64,000 nucleotides of DNA from Deltaproteobacteria bacterium (GTDB taxonomy: Bacteria > Desulfobacterota_D > UBA1144 > Nemesobacterales > CSP1-2), in the NCBI GenBank assembly GCA_052390235.1, contig JBQTHB010000002.1:256001-320000 (forward strand), written 5' to 3'. How positions within the stretch are numbered: the first letter of the stretch is position 1; each line of letters opens with the position of its first letter. Below, one piece after another: positions 1 through 9,715 of the stretch. The position numbers were made by a program, and so were the translations under genes. Under the pieces are notes generated by a model. That model was not told the DNA's origin. It saw only the letters and a program-made list of their open reading frames with translations, and did not search any database.

Positions 1-2
1 GC

Positions 3-386
3 ATTCTCATCCGCCACAGATGGACGTATCTGCACAACAATAAACTCCTCGACAGAGACGGCGACGGGCGATATTTCGTTGACGAGGGTTCTGGAAAACT
101 CTATGTGGAGATTGAAGATACGCCCTACATAGTGAAAATGGTTGACAGGCGCGAAGACGGGTTTTATTACGCCATTCTCAACGACGAGACTGATGAAAGG
201 CTCGATTTGCCATCCGTCCGGCTGAATTCAGAGAACATAGCCTACGCGAGAGTCAAAGCCGGGAGGTTTGATGCTAGGTTCTCACGCCCGGCTTACTATG
301 AATTCGCCAAGAGGCTTGCCCACGACGGAGAGGATTTTTTCATTGAGCAGGACGGCGTAAAATACGCAATAAAGAAATCGGGCTAG
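3..386 (+). CDS. DUF1285-like protein, 5'-truncated by window edge
   Basis: Frame is open from nt 3 (ILIRHRWTYLHNNKLLDRDGDGRYFVDEGSGKLYVEIEDTPYIV...); VEIEDTP and ARFSRPAYYEFA resemble DUF1285 motifs. Confidence 0.55.
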   Translation: MLIRHRWTYLHNNKLLDRDGDGRYFVDEGSGKLYVEIEDTPYIVKMVDRREDGFYYAILNDETDERLDLPSVRLNSENIAYARVKAGRFDARFSRPAYYEFAKRLAHDGEDFFIEQDGVKYAIKKSG

Positions 387-389
387 CCC

Positions 390-1553
390 TCATTCAAACA
401 CGACCGAATCCACTACGCGAAGGATTATCTCATCCGACACGGCAAACCCGTTCTGCCCGATTTGAAGCGCGCCGCCCTCGAGATGAATCATCCCATCGCG
501 GACGAGAGGGCTGAGTTTCCCGCCGTCCACACGGGCGCGAAATTCTTCTTTGAGACCTGCGAGATTCAACCCCTCGGCAAGCCTCAGCCCCATGAGGATT
601 TTGTCCTCCACCGCCTCCTTGCGGCTCAGGCGCTCTGCCGATGCGACGGGCTTTTTTCCCCCTATCGCCTGTTTCATATAGACCGCCGGATTGCGTACAT
701 TAGCCCACCTTGCCCCCCATTGGGATTCGCGCCCCGCGCCCTGATGCGAATGCGCCCCCGCGCCGAGTCCCAAATAGCGATCCCCCCTCCAGTAGAGCAG
801 GTTATGGCGACACTCCCTGCCGGAGCGGGCGAAATTCGATATTTCATAGCGCCTATAGCCGGCGGCTTCAATAAAATCCGAGGTACATTCCAGCATCTCT
901 ATGAGGGCGTCTTCGCCCGGAAGGGGCAGTTTCCCGTCCCCGTAGAGGGCGGAGAATTCCGTGTCGTCTTCAATTGTGAGGCAGTAGGCAGAAATATGAG
1001 TCGAGCCGAAATCGAGGGCGATGGTTAAATCCCTCTGCCACTCCTCAAGCGTCTCGAACGACACTCCGTACATGAGGTCTAGATTGAAATTATCGAATCC
1101 CGCCTTGGGGATATCCCGAAGCACGCGCGCGCTGTCCTCAGGGGCGTTTATTCTGCCGAGGAGTTTGAGCTTTCTCTCGGAAAATGACTGAATCCCCGTG
1201 CTGATGCGATTCACTCCCGCCGCTTTGAATCCCCTTAGCTTTTCCAAATCGGCGGTCTTGGGGTTCACTTCAAGCGAAATTTCAATGGACGGAAGCGGGG
1301 ACGAGAAGCCAATAATTTTATTTATCACCTTCTCGATGTTCTGCGGCGAGAACAGGGACGGCGTGCCTCCCCCGAAAAAAATCGAGTTAAGCGGGACTCC
1401 CTCAATGGACTCGCGGTACAGGTCAATCTCTGCGAGGAGCGCGAGCGTGTAGTCGTCCTCCGGGATGCGCGAGCCTACGCCGTAGGAGTTGAAATCGCAG
1501 TACGGGCATTTCTTCACGCAGTAGGGAATGTGGACATAGACGCCAAAAGCCAT
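390..1553 (-). CDS. hemW: Radical SAM heme chaperone HemW (HemN-like)
   Basis: YVHIPYC, CxxxCxxC (CVKKCPYCDF), GGGTPS, YEISNF, HNLLYW, YLGLGAGAH; likely start ATG 1553. Confidence 0.9.
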   Translation of the reverse strand: MAFGVYVHIPYCVKKCPYCDFNSYGVGSRIPEDDYTLALLAEIDLYRESIEGVPLNSIFFGGGTPSLFSPQNIEKVINKIIGFSSPLPSIEISLEVNPKTADLEKLRGFKAAGVNRISTGIQSFSERKLKLLGRINAPEDSARVLRDIPKAGFDNFNLDLMYGVSFETLEEWQRDLTIALDFGSTHISAYCLTIEDDTEFSALYGDGKLPLPGEDALIEMLECTSDFIEAAGYRRYEISNFARSGRECRHNLLYWRGDRYLGLGAGAHSHQGAGRESQWGARWANVRNPAVYMKQAIGGKKPVASAERLSRKEAVEDKILMGLRLAEGLNLAGLKEEFRARVDGGKLSPLVRDGMIHLEGGALQIGQNGFAVSDEIILRVVDSVVFE

Positions 1554-1644
1554 AGGAGGGGGATTATACCACACCTGCGCGATGCGGGGTGGGTGAATGA
1601 TGGGAGGGCAGGAAAAAGTATGAGTTTGCCCTAGTCCCTCCTTT

Positions 1645-1946
1645 TGTCATTTCGAGGGAGCGGCGGCGACTGAGAAATCTTATAGCGATAGCGAGAAATC
1701 CTGAATAAGATTCCTCTCTGCGTTCGGAATGACAGGGGTAAGGCGGTTCGGAATTACACTTCACGTTGAGCGGAGTCGAAGTGGGCGAGTAGTTCGGCTA
1801 CGCTCAGCATAAACTGCGTCGAAGGGCGGGCGGATACTCTTATGTCATTCTCACGAAAGTGGGAATCCACTTCAGCCTCATCTGCGTCGAAAGGTGTGGA
1901 ACTGGACAAAGCTCGCTATAAACTACGTCGAAGGGCAAGAAATCCC
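1645..1946. repeat. Composite cluster of REP-like palindromes
   Basis: Units GTCATTTCGAGGGAG..GCGACTGAGAAATCT, GATTC..GCGTTCGGAATGAC, GCTCAGCATAAACTGCGTCGAAGGG and GTCATTCTCACGAAAGTGGGAATCCA; same modules recur at 12.3, 13.4 and 61.7 kb. Confidence 0.85.
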
Positions 1947-2055
1947 GCATCGAGAATCCTGCATCGTCTTAACCCTTCCTTAACGCTGGGTTGAAATATC
2001 CTGCAAAAATGCTTAAACTCTCACCTAGGAACTCCCTGTTTAGAGGAGGCTTAAC

Positions 2056-2544
2056 ATGATAGATGATTTGGACTATGACAATCCCGTAAATTATAAAGGT
2101 TTCGACCTTTCCGAGGTTGAAGAAAACGACCTCGCCGACATGATGGAGAAAATTGATTTAATCCACGAAAATATGGCTACTATTAAAGACCTGTGCGCAA
2201 AGCTAATTTCGCTCTACGACCCGGCTCGGCAGAGAATCCACGAAACCATAGCCTCGGACCCGGACATTCATCAACGTATAATGGAGGAGTCAATAAAACT
2301 CTACGGCGAGGAGCGGGGCAAACGATTCGTCGAGCTTATACTCGGCAGGCCCGACGGCGACTCGGTAAAACTACAGATGGCGAAGGCAAAGGCGTTTATA
2401 ATTTCCTATGAGCGGCAGTTTGACGACGAGATTCTAGACCCGATTCAGCCGTCGCAGTTTGAAGAAACAGACATCTATAAAATCATGCAGAGGCTCACGG
2501 ACGGCAAATCCCCGATGCCAAACCTCACCTCGCGCTCTGGTTGA
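2056..2544 (+). CDS. Hypothetical acidic, helical protein (162 aa)
   Basis: Strong RBS (GAGGAGG) before ATG; no recognised motif; 3' end overlaps the convergent gene by 20 nt. Confidence 0.65.
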   Translation: MIDDLDYDNPVNYKGFDLSEVEENDLADMMEKIDLIHENMATIKDLCAKLISLYDPARQRIHETIASDPDIHQRIMEESIKLYGEERGKRFVELILGRPDGDSVKLQMAKAKAFIISYERQFDDEILDPIQPSQFEETDIYKIMQRLTDGKSPMPNLTSRSG

Positions 2545-3514
2545 TTTCCCTAAGCGCATCCGCATTGACGAGATTTGCGGGCGAATCCCCGCCCAGAGCC
2601 GAGGCAACCGCCGCCGCCGCCATGTCGCTCATCCTGACCCTCGTCTCAAGGGACGCGCTTCCGATATGGGGTAGCAACACAGAGTTCGGTAGCGCGAGTA
2701 GCTCTGCGCCGACCTCTGGCTCTGTCTCATAGACGTCGAGTCCGGCTCCCCAAATAACCCCCTCTCGAAGCGCGCGGACGAGTTCCCCCTCTTTTATGAT
2801 TTGCCCACGCCCCACGTTCACAATAACTGCCGTCCGCTTCATTTGCTCAAACTCTGCAAACCCGAACCGCCCCCGGCTCTGCGGGTTAAGCGGCGATGCA
2901 ATGACGAGAAAATCTGACTCCCGAAGGAGCGTGGGGAAATCCACCCAAGTCGCTATGGCGCGGCTCTCGTCGCCTGAGTGTCTGCTGCGATTATGATAAA
3001 TTACCCGCATATCGAACCCCGAAGCCCTCTTGGCTATTGCTCCTCCGATGCGTCCCATGCCATAAACGCCGAGGGTTTTACCGTGAATATTCACCCCCAA
3101 AAGGAGCGTCGGAAGCCAGCCTATGAATTCCCCGCGCCTCAGGAATGAGTCTGCCTCAGGGATTCGCCTCCCAGTGGAGAGGATTAACCCCCAAGCCAGG
3201 TCTGCCGTCGCCTCGGTCAGCACACCGGGCGTATTTGTAACGAAAATCCCCTTGCGAGTGGCATACGCAACGTCAATATTCTCGAAGCCTACGCCGCAGT
3301 TCGAGATGATTTTCAAATTAGCCGATGCGCCCATCACGGCGGCGTCAACGCGGTCGGTAACCATTGTTATCAGGGCGTGGGATTGCCTGGCTCCAGCGAT
3401 GAGTTCCTCGCGCGAGGGGGGGCGCTCTTCGGGGAATATCTCAACTCGGTAATTTCGCCGGAGCGTCTCAAGCGATGCGCCGGGGAGATTTGCCGTTACG
3501 AATATTTTTTTCAT
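2525..3514 (-). CDS. D-isomer-specific 2-hydroxyacid dehydrogenase (glyoxylate reductase / D-glycerate dehydrogenase family)
   Basis: GVGFENID, TNTPGVL, GMGRIG (GxGxxG), NVGRG, GLDVYETEP, LPHIGSA; start MKKIFVT at 3514. Confidence 0.9.
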   Translation of the reverse strand: MKKIFVTANLPGASLETLRRNYRVEIFPEERPPSREELIAGARQSHALITMVTDRVDAAVMGASANLKIISNCGVGFENIDVAYATRKGIFVTNTPGVLTEATADLAWGLILSTGRRIPEADSFLRRGEFIGWLPTLLLGVNIHGKTLGVYGMGRIGGAIAKRASGFDMRVIYHNRSRHSGDESRAIATWVDFPTLLRESDFLVIASPLNPQSRGRFGFAEFEQMKRTAVIVNVGRGQIIKEGELVRALREGVIWGAGLDVYETEPEVGAELLALPNSVLLPHIGSASLETRVRMSDMAAAAVASALGGDSPANLVNADALREINQSAR

Positions 3515-3536
3515 GATGTGGATTCTTCGCTTAAAA

Positions 3537-4844
3537 TCACTTCTCAAACGGGTCCGGCATCTCAGGGTGCCAGAGCTTGAAGTGATTTTTATGATTCTCC
3601 GTGTACGCGCCTTCGGGGTAGAATTTATCGTAAAATTCGAGGTCTAGGTGATGCGCCTGAACCATAAATCTCAGAAACATCGGGTCCGAGAACGCCGGAA
3701 ATCTGCCGTAGGTGTCATAGACGTAATTGCAAATGTCCTTTACAATTTGAATCTCCTCCTTGCTGGGTCTCTCAATTTCCTGAAGCACCCCCTCTGGGCT
3801 TAGATACGGCATCTTATGAGATTCCCAATTGCTCCATTTCATATCGTTCAGCGCCTCTACAGCATCGCCCATGTTCTTGTAATAGGGCGGGCAGAAAGCC
3901 TCAAACAGCCCGTCCCTGCCCACGGCAACGGGGTTTGGGTTTCCGGTCGCGCCTTGAATCTTGGGGGTAGTGAACCTGAAGCCAAGCCCCTTGTTAAACG
4001 GAGTGCCTCCGAGCATGAACATACTTGCGAATCCGCTAAATAACCATCCGCCAAGTCCCAGAGCCTGAAGCGCAAGCGCCATATTCTGCCCCATGAACGC
4101 CTGCTCGGCGATGTAGCCGTTTGCAAACCGCAGTTCCGCCTCGATGAGCGGCATCCTCTTGCCCTCGTCAATCATCCCCTTTTTGACCCAGCCCGAGGTT
4201 CCCGGATGCCTCATCCCGTGGAGTTCGTCAACGAAATTGAACCTGTGGTCAGGGCGCATATAGAAAAAATAGAGATTAATTATGCAGGCCGACAGATCCG
4301 TAACGGGCATGAATACCGTAGCGCCGGGCTTGTTCACGTTCCAGAGGTTGTGGGCGGCGATTCCGGGCGGTTTGCTTGGGAGGTCTGCGCGCTTGTCTTC
4401 GAGCTTTATCCTCGACTCTAGGAACATTTCGAGGATTTTCTCAACGCGCGCCTCGCGGCTGAGTCCCTCTAAGCCCCTGAAATCAGACGGTTTTTTGTCG
4501 TGCATTTTTATCATATACGTCCCGTCGTCGTTCGTATAGAAAAGCTCGGTGCGGTGAACATCTCCAAGCGCCGGAATGGTTTTGCTCGTGAACTGCATCT
4601 CAAGGTCAAGCCCAACGTGCGGGGGGAAATCCGAGAGGTTTATGTTCTTGATTCCAAGCCCCGTCCATACGAGCAGAGCCTCCTCGAGTTCCGTGAGCGA
4701 GATAGGCTCGTGGCGGGATTTGTACTTTAGCGGGCCCTTGTCAATTTCCATGCCGAGTCCGAACCGCCTAGACCTCCGCTGAAAGACCGAGTCAATAAAG
4801 CTGTGGTTGATAAACGTATCGAGTCCCTTGGGATATTTGCTCAT
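3537..4844 (-). CDS. Conserved hypothetical protein, possible nitroreductase-like (SagB/ThcOx-type) fold
   Basis: 435-aa ORF with RBS; RRSRRF near N-terminus and QNMALALQALGLGG resemble FMN-binding nitroreductase motifs. Confidence 0.55.
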   Translation of the reverse strand: MSKYPKGLDTFINHSFIDSVFQRRSRRFGLGMEIDKGPLKYKSRHEPISLTELEEALLVWTGLGIKNINLSDFPPHVGLDLEMQFTSKTIPALGDVHRTELFYTNDDGTYMIKMHDKKPSDFRGLEGLSREARVEKILEMFLESRIKLEDKRADLPSKPPGIAAHNLWNVNKPGATVFMPVTDLSACIINLYFFYMRPDHRFNFVDELHGMRHPGTSGWVKKGMIDEGKRMPLIEAELRFANGYIAEQAFMGQNMALALQALGLGGWLFSGFASMFMLGGTPFNKGLGFRFTTPKIQGATGNPNPVAVGRDGLFEAFCPPYYKNMGDAVEALNDMKWSNWESHKMPYLSPEGVLQEIERPSKEEIQIVKDICNYVYDTYGRFPAFSDPMFLRFMVQAHHLDLEFYDKFYPEGAYTENHKNHFKLWHPEMPDPFEK

Positions 4845-5086
4845 GAAATTCTCCTAATTTTGATTTTAGCCGCCAATTCACACGGATAAATATGAATTAG
4901 CGTTTTAGTTTAGCAAACGACGGGGGCTTGTCCAAGCGCTTGAGGGTTTTACCGTGGCTTCGCGATAGTAATAATAATATAGCTAGAGTCCATTATGTTG
5001 CTCCGCCCGTGTGGTCTCGGTCTGTCCCAGGCTTGATTCGCAGCCCGGTTTATGAGACACTTCACGCTGGCAGGTAAGGGGGGATT

Positions 5087-5293
5087 TTGCGAATGAAGGA
5101 GAAACACTGCTCCCTATGCGGAGAGGAATTTCAGTGCGGCGCTGGAGGCGATACCTGCTGGTGCGCCGCGCTTCCGCGCGTCATGCCGCTTGATTTCACC
5201 GGAGACTGCCTCTGCCCCAGATGCCTCGAGAGAGCCATCGGGGATAAAATCGCCGAATCATCCCAGAATGGAGACCCGCTTGGCACGGACTGA
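5087..5293 (+). CDS. Cysteine-rich CWC family protein
   Basis: CxxCGxxFxC...CWC...CLCxxCL pattern. Confidence 0.85.
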   Translation: MRMKEKHCSLCGEEFQCGAGGDTCWCAALPRVMPLDFTGDCLCPRCLERAIGDKIAESSQNGDPLGTD

Positions 5294-5996
5294 AGCCATT
5301 TTTTGCTGGAGCGGGGGGAAGGACTCCTCTTTCGCCCTCTATGAGATTCTCAAACGCGGTGAATACGAGGTGAAATACCTCCTCACGACCGTCAACGCCC
5401 CGCTCAGGCGTATTTCCATGCACGGAGTGCGCGAGGAACTCCTCGACGCCCAGGCGCTGTCTCTGGGCATTGAACTGATAAAAGTGCGCGTAACTGATGG
5501 CACAAACGACGAATACGAGCGCCTCATGGCGTCCGCCATGCTCAAGGTAAAATCCGAGGGGATACGCCACGTTATCTTCGGCGATATTTTCTTAGCCGAT
5601 TTGCGCCAATACCGAGAGAAAAACCTCGCCAATATCGGGATGGAAGCGGTTTTCCCACTATGGATGCGGGATACGCGCGCTCTCCTAGGGGATTTCCTCG
5701 AAGCCGGATTTCGGACGGTTACCTGCTGCGTAAGCGATGAATTTTTGGATGCAAGCTGGGCCGGAAGGGAAATTGACGCGGATTTTATTGCAAATCTGCC
5801 GGATGGGGTTGACCCCTGCGGCGAGAGGGGGGAGTTTCATACGTTCTGCTACGCGGGCTCCATATTTAAGAGTGAAATCCGGTTTCGTCTGGGCGAGAGA
5901 GTCTATAAGCCTCTTCAAATTAATACGGACGCCTCCGCCTGTAGCTCCCCTTCCGGGGTGAAGGGGTTTTGGTTCTGCGACCTGATACCGCGATAG
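5268..5996 (+). CDS. Diphthine-ammonia ligase / DUF71 family PP-loop ATP pyrophosphatase
   Basis: WSGGKDS, FGDIFL, DPCGERGEFHTF. Confidence 0.85.
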   Translation: METRLARTEAIFCWSGGKDSSFALYEILKRGEYEVKYLLTTVNAPLRRISMHGVREELLDAQALSLGIELIKVRVTDGTNDEYERLMASAMLKVKSEGIRHVIFGDIFLADLRQYREKNLANIGMEAVFPLWMRDTRALLGDFLEAGFRTVTCCVSDEFLDASWAGREIDADFIANLPDGVDPCGERGEFHTFCYAGSIFKSEIRFRLGERVYKPLQINTDASACSSPSGVKGFWFCDLIPR

Positions 5997-6070
5997 TTTA
6001 ATCACACATCTGAGCGAACAGTTATGGAATAATTTTACCTCCCTGTCGCCTTCGGGTAACCTTTCGAGGC

Positions 6071-7141
6071 ATGGACAAGAAGCGAATACTAGTCGCCATG
6101 AGCGGGGGCGTGGACAGCGCGGCAACAGCCGCCATCCTGAAGCGCGAAGGACACGACGTCATCGGCATCACTATGCAGCTTTGGGATTACGGCGACGCCG
6201 ATGGCGGCTGTTGTTCCGCAGACGACGTTAGGGATGCAAGGCGCGCCGCCGGTGAAATCGGCATTCCCCACTACGTCGTCAATTACATGGAGCTGTTCAA
6301 AAAATTCATCGTCGAGGATTTCATCAATAAATACCTAGACGGCAAAACCCCAAGCCCGTGCGTTTTGTGCAATCAGTTCATGAAATTCAATTTTCTTCTC
6401 AAGCGCGCCCTAGAGCTTGGGGCTGATTTCCTCGCCACTGGACACTATGCGAGAATCCACGAAGACGGCGGCAAGCGCTACCTCGCAAAATCCGTTGACA
6501 GGGCTAAGGATCAGTCCTATTTCCTCTACACCCTCGGTCAGCGGGAACTCGCGCGCCTCATGTTTCCCCTCGGCGGCATGACTAAAGACGAGGTTCGCCG
6601 CACCGCCTCAAATTTCAATCTCGGAGTCGCCAATAAACCCGACAGCCAAGAGGTGTGCTTCATAACTGGCGGCGATTACAGGGATTTCATCAAATCTCAC
6701 GCGGATTCGGCGGGCGCGTCTGGCGGGGAGATAGTTGACACCGAGGGCAGGGCGCTTGGGACTCACGACGGAATCGCATCCTTCACCGTAGGGCAGAGAA
6801 GGGGACTTGGCATCTCGGCGGGCAAACCTATGTACGTCGTAAAAATTGACCGCGAGTCAAACCGCGTCGTCCTCGGCGGGGAGAGGGACATTTTCAAAAC
6901 GACTCTCGTTGCGAATAACGTAACATGGGCGGCGGGCGAGCCTCCATCGGGCGAAATCGAGGTCAAGGCGCGCATCCGATACCGCCATCCCGAAAGCGAC
7001 GCCGTTATCCGCCTAAAATCCGAAACCGAGTCCATTGTTGAGTTTAAAACCCCGCAGCGCGCGATGACGCCGGGGCAGGCGGTTGTTTTCTACAGAGGCG
7101 ACAGAGTCCTCGGCGGCGGGTGGATTGACCAGGTACTATGA
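6071..7141 (+). CDS. mnmA: tRNA 2-thiouridine(34) synthase MnmA
   Basis: AMSGGVDS, TPSPCVLCN, ATGHYA, KDQSYFL, DSQEVCF, TPGQAVVFY. Confidence 0.97.
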   Translation: MDKKRILVAMSGGVDSAATAAILKREGHDVIGITMQLWDYGDADGGCCSADDVRDARRAAGEIGIPHYVVNYMELFKKFIVEDFINKYLDGKTPSPCVLCNQFMKFNFLLKRALELGADFLATGHYARIHEDGGKRYLAKSVDRAKDQSYFLYTLGQRELARLMFPLGGMTKDEVRRTASNFNLGVANKPDSQEVCFITGGDYRDFIKSHADSAGASGGEIVDTEGRALGTHDGIASFTVGQRRGLGISAGKPMYVVKIDRESNRVVLGGERDIFKTTLVANNVTWAAGEPPSGEIEVKARIRYRHPESDAVIRLKSETESIVEFKTPQRAMTPGQAVVFYRGDRVLGGGWIDQVL

Positions 7142-8442
7142 AAAGAATATCTCTCGTTACGCTCGGATGCAAGGCTAATCAGTACGACACGGCGGCGATA
7201 ATGAACCTGCTCCCCGAGCGCTCCTACAGAGCCGTCGCATTCCCCGAAGAAGCCGATGTCTATGTAATTGACACCTGCACCGTAACCCACAAAGCCGACG
7301 CCGAAGCTAGGCAGTACGCGCACCGCGCAAAGCGCGTAAATCCAAACGGGGTCGTCGTCGTTACGGGCTGTTACGCTCAGGTGTCCCCGCAAGAAATCCA
7401 AGGGCTGGAGGGAGTGGACTACATCGTCGGAAACTCGGATAAGTTCACCTCGCTTGTGAAAATCATAAAAGAGGGAATACCTCAGCCGCAGGCGCAGGTT
7501 TTTGTCCGCGATATTTTCAACGACCGCGCGAGGGTGTTTGAGTCCCCCGCCGCAAGCCGATTCCCGGAACGCACAAGGGCGACTCTCAAAATCCAAGACG
7601 GGTGCAATTACCGATGCGCTTTCTGCATTATCCCCTACGCGCGGGGCAACTCAAGGAGTCTGCCCGTTGACGACGTTATTAAGAGAATGGAGATACTCGC
7701 CGAGTCGGGCTATAGGGAAATCGTGCTGACGGGAATCCACATTGCGAGCTATGGCAGAGATATAGGGACAAATCTGCTAAAACTGCTCCGCGAGATTGAT
7801 AAGAGGCAGATTGTCGGGCGCGTGAGACTCACCTCGCTTGACCCGGCAGACATAAAGAGGGAGCTGATTGAATTTGCCGCCGAGGCAAAGACCGTCTGCC
7901 CGCAGTTCCACGTCGCCCTTCAGAGCGGGGATGCCGAGGTTCTTCGGCGCATGAGGCGCAGATACACCCCTCAAAAATTCACCGAAGCCACGAACCTGAT
8001 ACGCGAGATGATCCCAGACGCCTCAATCGGGACGGACGTTATCGCTGGTTTCCCCGGCGAGACCGACGAGGAATTCGAGCGCACATTCAGCCTTATGAGG
8101 GACAGCGCGCTGACTTATTTCCACGTTTTCCCGTATTCAAAGCGCAGAGGCACGCCAGCCGCAGGGATGACTGGGCATCTCCATCCGAAAACGATAAAGC
8201 AGAGAAGCGCCCAGCTCAGAGAGCTTGGACAGGCGAAAAAAGAGGAGTTTTATTCGCGCTTCATCGGGCGGACTCTGCCCGTGCTTGTCGAGCGGGGGGA
8301 CAGGGGGATGACTCCCAATTATATAAGCGTCAAGCTGGAGGGCGGCGGTGATTTTCCTATTGGACAGGAGGTTCAGGCGAGGATTCGGGAGATTGCCGGA
8401 GACGAGGCGCGGGGCGAGGTGCGGGCATTGCAGGATTTATGA
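7138..8442 (+). CDS. mtaB: tRNA t6A37 methylthiotransferase MtaB
   Basis: TLGCKANQYD, TCTVT, TGCYAQ, KIQDGCNYRCAFC, HVFPYSKRRGT; overlaps mnmA stop. Confidence 0.93.
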   Translation: MKRISLVTLGCKANQYDTAAIMNLLPERSYRAVAFPEEADVYVIDTCTVTHKADAEARQYAHRAKRVNPNGVVVVTGCYAQVSPQEIQGLEGVDYIVGNSDKFTSLVKIIKEGIPQPQAQVFVRDIFNDRARVFESPAASRFPERTRATLKIQDGCNYRCAFCIIPYARGNSRSLPVDDVIKRMEILAESGYREIVLTGIHIASYGRDIGTNLLKLLREIDKRQIVGRVRLTSLDPADIKRELIEFAAEAKTVCPQFHVALQSGDAEVLRRMRRRYTPQKFTEATNLIREMIPDASIGTDVIAGFPGETDEEFERTFSLMRDSALTYFHVFPYSKRRGTPAAGMTGHLHPKTIKQRSAQLRELGQAKKEEFYSRFIGRTLPVLVERGDRGMTPNYISVKLEGGGDFPIGQEVQARIREIAGDEARGEVRALQDL

Positions 8443-8585
8443 TGCGAGATACGACGGGTGAGGTTGCCGCAAATTAGCGCGAATTTCCGCGAGAGAAAAT
8501 TAAGTAGAAATTTGCGAGATGGCTCGATTCATATTAATTCGTGGTTAAACGAGAGTTGTTTCTGTCTTTATGCCGATATAATGAA

Positions 8586-9497
8586 ATGAGCTTGAAAAAT
8601 TTGCTTCTCACCTTCGCCGCTCTTTTGGTTTCCTCCTGCATGGCAAACCCCGTTGTCTCGGAATCTGGAAATCTCAAGGCGGCTAATCCCCGGAGTGCGC
8701 TCAAAGTCTGGGCGCTCTCAGACATTCAGCCCAAAAATCAGGCGCAAAAATTGGAATTCACCCGCGCTGTTGCCGACATCAACCGCAACGTTCCTGATAT
8801 TGACCTCGCCATAGTCGCCGGAGACCTCATCGAGGACGCCCGCGAGGAGGATTTTGATTGGTATCTGTCCGAGAAATCCCGCTCCTACATCGAGGAGTGG
8901 TACGAGATAGCCGGGAATCACGACCTTAAACTCGAGCGGGGCGCGGTTTATAGGGAGAAAATTAACCCCGAATTTTACTACTCCATCCTCAAGGGGAACG
9001 CCCTTTTCATCTTCATGTCGGACGAGGTCAGGGGGAAACCCACTGAAATTTCGGATGAGACGTTTCGCTGGTGGAAGAGCCTCGTCGCCGCCAATCAAGA
9101 CAAAATTATCGTCGTCATTACCCACGCCCCTCTCGAAGGTAGCGGAATTCCATTTTCATCCGGGCGCGAGCGGCAAATCGCCGACTCCGGGCGTTTCGCC
9201 GAGGTCATGAAGAGCCACAGGGTTGATGTTTGGCTCTCGGGGCATCTGCATCTGCCCCACGCCCTCGCCAACAACATCTCTATAAAAGCTGAATTCGGCG
9301 GCGCGGCGTTTGTGAATGTCTCTTCAATTCGGACGGAACTGTGGGGAATAAAGGACTCGGAGTCGAGAGTTCTCACCTTTACCTGCGGCTCAGACGCGCT
9401 ATCCATCGAGGCGAGGAATCACGCTAAGGGTCAGTTTGAGCCGAAAAACGGGGCGACCGTCCGGCTCTCGAAAAAGTACGACTGCGGCGGGACATAA
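8586..9497 (+). CDS. Calcineurin-like metallophosphoesterase, putative lipoprotein
   Basis: Signal peptide with LVSSC lipobox; SDIQ, GDL, GNHD, THAP, GHLH motifs. Confidence 0.8.
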   Translation: MSLKNLLLTFAALLVSSCMANPVVSESGNLKAANPRSALKVWALSDIQPKNQAQKLEFTRAVADINRNVPDIDLAIVAGDLIEDAREEDFDWYLSEKSRSYIEEWYEIAGNHDLKLERGAVYREKINPEFYYSILKGNALFIFMSDEVRGKPTEISDETFRWWKSLVAANQDKIIVVITHAPLEGSGIPFSSGRERQIADSGRFAEVMKSHRVDVWLSGHLHLPHALANNISIKAEFGGAAFVNVSSIRTELWGIKDSESRVLTFTCGSDALSIEARNHAKGQFEPKNGATVRLSKKYDCGGT

Positions 9498-9715
9498 CGC
9501 GAAATTCGAGATGTCAAGGCGCGAGATGCCCGGGGCTCTCTTATTCTCTCACTCTGCTGAGTGGGGTCAAAGGGCTAATTTCCTGTTTTCATGGGAATGA
9601 CGCGGGGAGCGCAGGGGGGGAGAGGCGTTCAATCTCGTATCATCCATCTTGAATCTTGCGTGGTGAACGTCCGGCGCTTGAAATCCAGATACCGGAATCG
9701 GTAATATTCCCTCCT

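Noticed and set aside
4990..5086. Cobalamin riboswitch upstream of CWC/DUF71 genes
   Set aside because: No recognisable B12-box or conserved core
8443..8550. Degenerate CCRCGAATT-type and 7-mer GATGCGA-type repeats (also about 4868-4900, 9500-9660)
   Set aside because: Too decayed to define units confidently
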